DNA of 64,000 nt, from the NCBI RefSeq assembly GCF_000150275.1, contig NW_002060967.1, forward strand, positions 590,556 to 654,555, in the 5' to 3' direction. Shown one piece after another: positions 16,154 through 27,830 of this stretch (its first letter is position 1; each line of letters begins with the position of its first letter). The DNA comes from Trichoplax adhaerens (lineage: Eukaryota > Animalia > Placozoa). Position numbers and translations under genes: made by a program. The notes beneath the pieces were generated by a model. It made no database searches. It was not told where the DNA came from and was given only the letters and a program-made list of their open reading frames with translations.

Positions 16154-19100
16154 AAGCTTTAAGTAGAGCGATTTGGCCATGATTTGAAGGTGGCTGACCA
16201 AAGGTTCTTTAAATTTTACCGCAAAAAATTATGAATGTTACAGGTCCACATAGAAAAGTTGCGCGGTTTTTTGGTAAAGATTCTATAGATTCTGAAATTG
16301 ATTTGATTTTTACTAATAAACGTATCATTCAAAAGTAATAAAATGTTAACAATTGAACTACGACATGTGTGAATAATTATTGTGATACAAATTTTCACGA
16401 AGGATATGCGGATGCAGCATCATTTAGCATTTAGATTGTAAATTATTAGCTACGTTTAGTATGATGTAAGGTGCGAGTATCTTGCTCTAATTATTATCAG
16501 GCATATTTAGTAATACCTATTATTTACTCGTATTACGCTATATTCGTTAGATTGTGCATTAATGTGATGTATTACTATATACAGTATTTAACTATAGCAT
16601 ATATTGTATAGAATTACTCTTCCTTAAAAAATCTTAAAAGTACAGTATTATACGCGTAGATATTAGATTGCATGCTGTAGCTGATATAGTTTATAGTAAT
16701 ATATAGTATTGTTGCACAACTACAACTTAATCTATATACATAAAAGTAGAAGCGGTTTTTTGTAATAATATTACGACCAAACCTAGAATGGTACTTTAAA
16801 AATTTTGAGTGATAACGCTAGGCTAAGCAAATTATGCATATATAGATGCTGTATAAACATTTGTATTTGCAGTAATAGATTTAAACGTTTTGTGGGAAAA
16901 ACTAGGCTATGCTGGGTTTCGTAGCTAATACTAGCGTATAGAAACTATTCTTCCGTAAGAAATCTGAAATGTACCGTAGATATTACATACATGCTGCCTT
17001 TAATGCAGCTTATGATAAAATATTGTTTTAAAGCATATTTGAAATATGTACTTGTTAAGGTGTTGCATTGTCATTAGGATAGTTTAATAAGTACAGTAGT
17101 AGCTAGTATGAAGAATATCCATATTTGTAGTGCTAGGTAAGAGAAGTAATGCCTTAACGTGGATATTTGTGATAGTTCATTACACATTTGATATTGATTG
17201 TTATTGTGTGATAGATAGCAGTAAGATGATTCAAGTTCTAGTTGGTGATAGTTGAATTAAACAACCTACGAGCTTAGATTAAGATTAAGTATGAGTAAGA
17301 GATTCAAATATTTACTGATAGAAAAGCTGTGTAAGGAACATCTCAGTTCGAGATGTTTCTCCTGGTAAGGTATAATAGTAATACTGTTGTTGTTTATAAA
17401 TTAGACGGTTCTTATATAAACGGCAACATTTGAGTTGAGTGGTTTGGTAAAAAGTTGTAGATGTATCTTTGCTAATAAAAGTTTCATCTTTGCAGTATTT
17501 TGCTAAATATGTTTAATGTTAAGTAAAAGGGCGTTTTAAGTCGGTAGCTACTTATAGACTTTTACTGTACGTTACCTTGTCGCAGAAGTGAAATTGTGAC
17601 AGTACTGTATTAATTAATCCTGCTTAAGAAATCTTAAATATACTGTAGCTATTATATTATATGCTTTCACTTATACTGCTCATAGTAACATATCTCATTA
17701 ACGTATAATCTTACAAATATGGCGTAATATATAACAGCCCATAACAATATACTGTAATTAAAGATTCTATGTTAGAATCTAGTTGACTATATACTATAGC
17801 TAAATGCCATAACTACTAATTTTTATAGTAAAATACAATATTAATGCCCACAATCTAACAAAAATAGCGTAATATACGGTATGTCACTTGAAAGTTGTAA
17901 TCATAGAGGTTTTCTCTATGGTCATATAGTGATGCCTCCTGCATTTGATTGTATGGATAGCTATATTTGATATGTTTTCTCATAATAGATGTTATCGTGA
18001 TGCTAATATTAGATGAATACTTACAACTAGCTGCATGTACGATGCTGATGTTGATGCTTTATTCTGTACTACACTTGTACTTTCGAATTGTCAGTAGATG
18101 CAGTTGTATAGGATGAATAGTGTTTAAGTATAAGTCTGTTTGTAGCTGCAGCTATAAAATAAGATCGAATATTCCTATGCTAATTGTAGCCGTAAACGTT
18201 ACAAAAAAAAGCATAATGCATAAAGCTAACACTCCAATCACTCTTACGCAAGACACTTTATATACCCCCTGGGGTAGGTTATTGCGTAAAGGCAGGAATG
18301 ATTATTCTTGTTCTGCAGTTTCTCAAGTAGGCTAGAGCTTGCCTTCAAAAATTTGTTACTCCTGTACTAATTATTGCGAAACTACTCGTACATTAGCCCA
18401 TTGCTCTATTATAACAAATAAAGCTACGACAGGGCATTAAAAGTATTTATTTGTAGTTACAATTCTACTATTTTCTAACGAAGTTGGTACTCCGGTCGGG
18501 GTCTCACACATTAATCAAAATACCGCACTTACAATTTTCTCGCACTTTTTTACTTCGTCATCATCATTACTTTGCAAACTTATAACCTAGTCATTGAGTT
18601 CGCAAGAATTTATATCTGACCTCGATCTATGGCGTTGGAATCATATATCGAAGCTATACGTATAGTACAATATGTAAACTCTGTATAGTATTACAGTATT
18701 CATTTATATTTCACAATCATAATAATACCGCCGTGTTGCCGTACAATTATCTTTCATGCACAGCTTACTGTATGACGATATTTAATATTAATTTTACCTT
18801 TACTACTGTATGAGTTTAACCTAATACAGAGCAACGATTTGCTGACATGGTAACAACGAAATAAAGTTGTAAGATAAAGTCAACTCTTAGCTTTAACAAA
18901 GGATTTATAGTCAACTATGATAATTGCATGCTAAATTGCAATGCTGTTTCTGTACCGATATTATTCATATTACTATACCTTTATCTAACAGATAACTTTC
19001 TGGCCAATGTATACAATTTTAATTTAACTTGCTATTATAGCTCAATTTAGCAGTTTTAATAATTAAATCACCCTGCTAATTTTAATCATGAATAATCTCT

Positions 19101-20334
19101 AATATGCACTGAAAACACTTCCATTACTTAAGAAATTAATAAATCATGTTATGAGTTATGGACATATATACTAATCGCGGATACGAATGTTGGAAGTATA
19201 CTGACAGGCAACTTTAGGGAACTTAGTAGTTCTTTCTAAGCTCTTTCTAGTTACTGTATTCGGTTATGAGTACACCGACTAAATTTATTGTATTTATACT
19301 CTGTAAGACAGTATAATATTGTATTCTAAGTTGATGATATATTTAGTAATGTCTACTGTAGGTGTTGTGTTCAACATATGATAGATATTCTCGTTAGAGA
19401 CTTAATTATTAAATATAGCTAGCTTAGTAGCTGTATTCCTTTTGAAGAGGAGCGCTACAGTGCTTACACTAGAGCTTCACACGAAAGGTGTAAACTAGCC
19501 TGTATTTGAGATCCTAATACTGAAGTGTGTAGTAAGTAAGGTGTTAAGACTGTAAGCGCAGAAAAGTATATAAGGGAGTAGTTTAGTAAAGTAAGATAGT
19601 ACTTTCTCGTTAGAGGTCCTCAGCTAATCGATTACATTGTACCTTCGTAAACGAGGTTTTGTTCAATAAATCTTATTTTCTAAAGTTTTGAAGATTCTTG
19701 ATCTATCAACCTCACATACTCGTATTCTACACTTAGTAGACGGTAAACTGCTATTGCTGTTACTTTGATAAAAAGTTCGAGTAAGTTTAATTTACGTTAA
19801 TTTGTTAAGATTCTTTAATAATGCTAGATGATATTAACCGATTTTACTAATTTGAAGGTAGAATGAATTCTCATTGAGGACTGCTGTAGTTTTTATAGAG
19901 TTTTCGACAATTCTCTCTCTATAATTATACGTCTTTGCGTCGCTACACAATTATTTGACTTAATGGTACTTAGCTTAGAAAGTATATTTTACATATATTG
20001 CTTGGCTAGAGCTCGAATTCTAATCGAACTGTAAAACTTAATCATGTGGCAGTTAGGTGTATAGAATAACTCTACATGTGTACAAATATCTGAATTCTAG
20101 CATCAGTTCTTTTGCATAGAGGTAATGAATGTAAATTTATTGCATAGAAGTAAATGGAAGTAAATCTAAAATTAATTAGACAGTTAATTATTTCGATTTA
20201 TTCGACTGGCAGAATTAAAGAAATATCGAATAAGATAAGTATTACCCGTATTATAGAATGCAGGTTATGAAGTTTGCAGAATCAATGCTGATCAGCACAA
20301 AATCATTCAACTATTAAAATGAAGTAGAAATTTA

Positions 20335-20715
20335 GCCTAATTTTATTTATTTTGCATATATTATCCATAGCATTCTTGACCATAGAATTTTTGAAATTAG
20401 TAAGATTCCACAGAATATTCTCTATCTATTCATAGGATAATCATCATATGTCTTTAAAATATTGTTTTATGTGCCAGAGATAAATCAAAGTCGAGAATCT
20501 AAAGTTCGAGTACGCAATCATAACATGTTTTTGATGCTAAAAGTATACGCAACGATATGGTCAATTTATGAATAAGATCGATATCTACACGATAAGAATC
20601 GATTGTGATATCAATAGTCAAGCTTAATATAGATTCTCTGCGTAAAATATATCGCATGCATAATTTTGTAGAATACATAAGAGATTAAATTGTGGTAATA
20701 GAATTAATTGACATA
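20335..20715 (+). repeat. Upstream block of copy B, duplicated at 23777-24205
   Basis: Shared colinear segments such as AAAG.CGAGAAT.TAAAGTTCGAGTA.GCAATCATAA, TTTTGATGCT.AAAGTAT and ATATCAA.AGTCAAGCT.A.TATAGATT. Confidence 0.75.
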
Positions 20716-21099
20716 TCGATAATTACTGTAGCTGTTAGTAGCAAATGCTATGAACTTGCAAATAAATTGTAAAATCAAATAAAATGTATATTTAGAGATC
20801 CATGAATTAAAAATAACATCACTAATATAAATATAATCTTTAAACTATAGTCAAAAGGTTAAATAGACTTTCTGAAGTTATATATTAAAAACACTGCGTT
20901 GTTATATTAATATGAAAGAGGTGAAAATAGTTTGACAAATAAGTCAAGTACAAATTTGTCATAGTAAGGTAAAAATATCAGATTACGACCGCAATTTACT
21001 TTATTCATTTTAGAACAGTTTCGATTGAGTTAAACCTCTTGCTATAGCTTTGTATAAGATTATACTGAAATAATAGGTCAACCACTATAACGAAGAGAA

Positions 21100-21977
21100 A
21101 TGATGTATAGATTATTCTCATTGCTGTTAATATGCTGTATGATGCCTATCTCTATACAAATGGTAAGACTATTAATAGATTGAAATCACTTCCGTTCATT
21201 TATTTACTGTTCATCGCATGCTGTAAATTAATATCGGACGTACGAGTATACATCTTTATGATTCCAATTAAATAATGTTGCAATTATTGTATTTAGACAA
21301 TTAAGCCTAAATCTTGTCTACAAGCTAAAGAATTAAAAGGCGCTAGCAATAATGGTTTCTATGTGATATACGATAGTCTCAATAGACCATTTACTACATT
21401 TTGTGATTTTAATTCTGATGTTGGATTTGTTTGGACACTTATTGAATCGTTATCGTTAGCTAATGCTAAGAAGTCCAAATATCGTAAAAGTTTCTATTAC
21501 GATGTTTCAACAAGCGGTTGTTCTATTAACTGGTCAGAATTTCGATTATGTAAATCAGTTATGAAATCGATTGCAGATGCACGAGGATCGACACATTTTC
21601 GGGCAACATGTAATTTCAATATAGAAGATATTAAAGGAATTAATAATCATCGAGACTATCTACGAGTATCATTTTGTAATTATCCGAATTTCTTTAAAAA
21701 TGTTGCTGCTCATTTTTGTACAAAAATGGACTATGTTAATATTCGAGGTCATACATGTCGACAGTGTAGTATACCGTTATATGATGGTGGAAGCAGCTAC
21801 CACATTTTACTTCAAGTCGATCACGCGAAAAATATCTGTGATAAATGGGTAGTTCCAAATACAGTCGTACACGATTTCGCTTTCGGGGATTACAGGTATA
21901 TGAATTCTAAATTTACATGCGCAAATTCATCTACTTCTACTACAAATTGGTGGATAGGCGGTGCGTATATCTCGTAA
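21100..21977 (+). CDS. Secreted cysteine-rich protein with fibrinogen/intelectin-like N-terminus (copy B, 247 aa)
   Basis: Exon 1 (21100-21162) reads MMYRLFSLLLICCMMPISIQM followed by GTAAG. Exon 2 (21297-21977) reads TIKPKSCLQAK...NGFYVIYD..NRPFTTFCDFNSDVGFVWTLIES...STHFRATCNF...DYVNIRGHTCRQC...NWWIGG. Intron position and phase match copy A. Confidence 0.88.
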
Positions 21978-23776
21978 TATGAATTTTCTTAGTCCTTCAA
22001 GGAAACGTTAAGATTTAGACATAAATATACATTGAAACTGTATTTGAATTTACCATGGAAGAAGTTCTTACTGTAATAAATAGCTATGCAAAGTTTGATT
22101 AAAGACGCATTAGAAGTGATTGATGGCTGTGCTAAAGAATGCTTAATTAATCAATGTATTTGACATAATTCTTACGTGCGCCATATTAGAACTAGACTCG
22201 TTGATGTCGTATTTATGGAAATTTTTTAGAGGTAATTAATGGTTTATAAGCTGTCCTTACTGATTATTAAATATAAGTATTCCCTTTTATAATGATATGC
22301 ATCAGTAACTAGAATGTTTTATGAAAATGACTATTTATCGTATTTAAACCTATATATTTTTTGTTCGCTGTTAGAAAGTACTTCAATATAGTTTAAGTTG
22401 TTATATGGAGAACTCTTTCGTAATGATCTCATTATAAGAGTACTTAACAATTTGAGATACTTGATTAAATTGAATGAAAGATTTGATATCTTTGATAATA
22501 AATATTTAATTCGGTTTGTCTGCCTCTGCTTGCCTTATAATCACTGAAGAAATATGATATCGAAATTAATGTCGGAATACTTTTGGAGAGAGGTAATGAT
22601 TAAGAATCTGCAAGGATGTTAATAAATGTCGCTACAATTTTTAAATAGAAACATTTCATTAGAGTTTTGTGTCTAATTATAATTTCAATTTTAATTTTGA
22701 TTGTCAGAATTTAATGCTTTGTTATTAGGTACTAATAGAATTCAGCTTACTATTGCATCGTATACTTCATACTATTAAAAGCCCTCCACTACAGAAACTA
22801 CATTACAAGTGTAAATGTGAATATTTTAAAGCTTATTAGAATCGTATCTGTTATACAATAGGATGAATTTGAGTACCTTTATTTCGCCTAATTCAGCCAG
22901 TGTCGGATAATTCTGTCATATTTGGTTAGCCGTAGATATTCAGATATTTCGTATTTTAACCGTAATAAACTACAAAACTTTGATTAATGTCTAGCGTTAG
23001 GTACTTACATTGATCGTAGAGATTAATTTACTCACTAATTGCAGCAAAATTTGTTTACTAATGCAGTATACCTAAGTCTTGGCTTGCAGATTGCTAGACA
23101 TGTTTAGCTTAGTGTTCTAGCAAGCAGAAAATCTCAGCGTTTAAAGATACTCGGCTAGAGTATCGATGGCAATAAGCATTGTGCTACCGAGTTACTATCA
23201 AGGGTATTGGTAAATATGGATGGTTAACTCTCATATTTGGTCATGGCATTGTCAACCACAGTATCATATAAGATACTATTAAATATATTATAGAATGCAT
23301 ATTACAGAGTTTGTATAGTCAAATTTTACTGAACAATACAAATCGTTAAATTATTAAAATGAGATGATGTTGCTATAAGTTGATTTAGTAGCATGGTAAT
23401 GTACTAGATATACTCTTACAATTGTATGACATATAATATTAGTTCATATTGTAAGCTCTAGTCAGACTGTCTTTTTGCACTACGTCGCACTAGTATTCAA
23501 TATGTGAGGATGTATATCGTGTAGTACGTTACATCATTAATATTACAGGATTGATATATAAAGGGTGAACCTCTATAAGAACAGGAGATTTTTAGCTCAG
23601 ACGAGTAGGACTGCGGAAGTAGTGAGGACAGAGTTGGAATTGTTCGTGAGAAATAGAAGAACGGTAAATAAAGGTAATAATATAGATTAGAATGCATTTA
23701 CTGTCTAAACTGATTGCAAGAAGAATAGCTAGAGTACTGACGCTAATTTCCTGAAAATCGACCGTCAGATGTTTTG

Positions 23777-24205
23777 ACCTAATCTTATTTTTCGCATGTA
23801 TTGTCGATATTATTTATGACCCTAAAATTTTTTGGAATGAGTAAAATTGCAAAATTACATCGTATCCAATAGAATATTTGCTATGTGCTTAAGAAACAGC
23901 CATTAAATGTCTTAAAAAATAATGATGCTATATGGAGATTGTATTTGATCTGTGTGCTTTGTAATAGACCAAAGCCGAGAATTTAAAGTTCGAGTAAGCA
24001 ATCATAATATATTTTGATGCTGAAAGTATGCAATATGATAAAGTTAATTTATGGATAGGATAATATCTACATGAAAAAATTTATACTAACGTATATCAAG
24101 AGTCAAGCTAATTATAGATTATCAAGGTTAAATATATTGTAAGAGTAAATTTAAAGAAGGCATAAAGGATAAAATGCGAGGTAATAAAAATTGATTGATA
24201 AATGG
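23777..24205 (+). repeat. Orphan duplicate of the copy B upstream region
   Basis: Colinear similarity to 20335-20715, with no recognisable family coding exon downstream. Confidence 0.7.
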
Positions 24206-25056
24206 ATACATTAGTGTCACGAAGCAGCCTTCGTAATCGGGCCAAAATTTTACTATCGACTCTAAGTTGATTTCCGTTTAACTCTCAGAAATCTGCAGTA
24301 GAGGAAACTAACTTACTTGCATTCCAGGATTTACTGTTCGGAAGAGATAAATGATGCGTTTACAGTTAAGGCTTTTATTGAAGCAGATAATGAATCGGAA
24401 TAGTGTATTCTACTACAGAATAATTGTAACTCTATCTAAAAGAATGATATCCAGCCCTTTACATAGTTCTTTAACTTTGCGCTGCGCCCACAGGTGCAAA
24501 TTACAATCTGAAGGGAGACGTGAAGAAAAAGTGATCAGAATCTTTCGTCTCAAAATAGAAGAAAATATTCTTAGCGCCCTTTATACCGAAACTAATAGAA
24601 ATTGTGAAGTGGAAGTTTGAAGAAATGGCGATAATGTTAGTTATGCTACATTTAATCGCTAATTTAAATCTCCTTCAGAGTGAAGTACAGTACTACATTT
24701 GATATCGTAGAGAAAGCAAATGTATCCTCAACCATAAATATTATGAGGTAAGCGTAGAATGTCGAATTAAGATCAACTGACCGGTTGATAATTTAGCCGA
24801 TAAATGTGAATATTCCTAATTCAAAAGAACTAATACTAAATTCTGTGATGTGAAATGTTTCTAGGCGACATGCTAGCTACTTAATAAAGAACACATTAGT
24901 CTTAAATTTCTTCCTCTCACTAACAATAATGCTAAGAGCTGTAAATAACGCGAATATAATTACCGTATTCACTTTCATCAATCTCGGTTTGTTTTCAATT
25001 TCATTCCCTTCATTAAAAATGCAAATTATCTTAGAATACCCTCGCTCTCAAGATAC

Positions 25057-25262
25057 GATTTACAGTTCTATTTTTACCTATACACTTATTAGTAACTCAA
25101 CACCTTACTGTATATAGTCATCTGTGCTCTAGCATAGAGTCTATACCATTACAGTCTATAGTTATAGCTACCAAATATCTCTTAGGATAAATATCTACCG
25201 TACATTATACTAAACATGGCTAACAGTCTACAGTACAATCACAATACTAGTTACATTACAGT
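25057..25262 (+). repeat. Dispersed repeat segment B (inverted copy at 62970-63170)
   Basis: Reverse-complement match to 62970-63170 (for example ACAGTCTATAGTTATAGCTACCAAATATCTCTTAGGATAAATATCTACCGTA). Confidence 0.88.
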
Positions 25263-27830
25263 AGTATTCTAAGAGGTGTGTAAAAGCTTGTAGATAAAAT
25301 CTATTTAAACGATTGGATAAATTAATAAAAGTTAGTTCTTAGTTCCTAAGGTTAGAAGTATAACGTAAATCGAAGGCGCACGAATTATTGCGAGATCGTA
25401 GATTCGATCACAACGTTATCTTGTCATATGGGAGTTTGTGACAATACCCTATCTAGAGTTTATATTTCGTTTGGATAGGATCGAACCTATCTACATATAG
25501 CAATTTCAGTTATTTTACAGTAGCAATATGTTTTGAAAGTGTAATTCTAATATAAAGAAAATACTGTCATATAAATACAGTCGTTTAAGCTTCCTTATAG
25601 TACAGTTATTCAAATCAAATTGTAGAAAACTCCTTTTATTAGAAGTATTTACTGGAAGATTCTAGGAAAGAAAATCCGTGACACCTTAACTGCGTCTATT
25701 AAAGTGGCTTTAGAAATTGTAACCATAATGAGATAGCTAAAAACGCGGATGATTATAAGGATATGCATATAATGTACCGTAATGCTAGGAAGTACTTCTA
25801 AAGCTTGTACAAATAAATTCATGCATATAGCCAGCTGTGCCGATCTTGCATATCAATTTAAATTAAGAGAATAAACACCAGTACCACTGTTTGAAGCACC
25901 TTAATGATAAATAGGCAAAGATACCAATTCATTCAAAATATTTTGTATCTATAATTAGAGTTGTAGCTATAACCATTATAATCGTACTCTTTGCCTGTCG
26001 AAATAAAGTTGAGCTCCATCAAGATTAATATATCAGATCAAGGTATTGCTGTTGATAATGGTGTTTATAAACTAGATGACAACATCAATTTCATTATAGG
26101 CAATAAGCAACAAATGCATTTCAGATAACAACGATTTACTTTTTATGTGGGAGCAATGTTAAATTAACTTTATTTAAGTGCCAACGATATCAGTATATGG
26201 ATTGCTTGATTATTACTAACTAGCTCAAAATGAAACGACATCTGATGCATTCAGATTTTAGATATAAGGTGGGAAAGCTAAGTATTACAGGAAATAATAC
26301 AAATACATAATTATTCGCGACGGTTAAAATCTTTTCTATCTTTAGAAACTCCCTTGACAACAATACCGATTGCCTTAAAGGATCAAAGACCGGAAATACC
26401 GGCTACGACATTATTTTTAAATCTTGATACTATTTCTTCCAGCGTTAGTAGTACAGTCCAATGTACGCATTGAGTACTCCGTTCAAGTCGTTACTTACTG
26501 TTGTCGATTTCCAATCGCTATGTTTTACTAGGCATAACCGAGAAGGTTGCTAGGAAATAACTTTCCGTTAAAGCATAAATTAAAATACTTTCAGGTAGCA
26601 ATACTTACAGATAACATAAGGATTGATATAGTTAATAAAGGCCACATACTTAACAACGTGGGTAAATTGTCTTATTAATATGATAACAAATGACGCTCTT
26701 ATTGACGTTTCTTAACATATATTAGGATAGAATTTAGCATTTGTTATCGGTATTTGTGTAAGATAAAATTATTGCTGGGTACAGTCGGTCAGATTTGATA
26801 ATTCATATATACTCGTAAACTTATGGTCTTCAAAGTAATGATAACGGTTCCAGTACGTTAGCTGAAGAGATTAATCTTAAACCATGTTTAAAGAATAATA
26901 CTGATATCAGTATTGCGGCACTTATTACATTATTTCCGATTGATGCTTAAGGGTGTTCATTTTGAAGTCTTGAAGCTAAATTAAATAGTATACATTTAAT
27001 GTTACTGAAAATATGAAACATATCTTTAATTGCTGATGCATGTGCATGTTCAACCATTAATAAAATTATTCACAAATAGATTACGCATAAGTGCAATTTA
27101 CTTTCTCAACTGAGATAATGTTAGCTATCAAAAATATTGGTAATAAAATAGTCTACAAATACGTCAAAGTTTAAATTTAGTACTAAATGATATTGTCAAA
27201 GTTTGTATTTTCAAACACGGCATTTTGTAAAATCAATAGGTATTTCATGTGCTGTTACAAAACAGCTTTGCAATAAGATAACGTAATGCACGATCAATCA
27301 GTCCATTCCCTGAACCACGCATCAGGGAGCAGTATCTACTCTTTCAGGAACTCTTTCCCTATACTAGTAGACTACTAAAAGACTTAGACTCCTCGTATCT
27401 TACGTTAAACACTAATCATAAGAACTCACTTCATTATATAATTTATCGTATTTATATACTCTTTTACAATAGCAAAGACATCCTGGTTAGTATTATTAAC
27501 ATTGAAACCTGATAATGAATCAAAAGCTAATTTTATCTACTGCTCCATAATGTAGACAACAGTATTTACGAACATAGACATCGAATGACTAATACAAAAT
27601 TGTCAGATTACAATATGTCCTATCTCGGAACATTTCTACGATAATCTACGATCTACTATTAGTAAATTACAATCACAGTGATTTGAATGGTAAGAAGATT
27701 ATTCTCACTTCCCTAATTAAGCTACTAGTTTCAGTAGGCCGTATATATATATCACCATAAAAGCTAGTGCTATATTTAAATATCACATATCTAAATTAGA
27801 AACTCATCATATAAGGGTAAATCAACAAAA

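Noticed and set aside
24351-24620. 89-aa ORF whose start context resembles copy B
   Set aside because: No signal peptide, no donor site and no similarity to the family.
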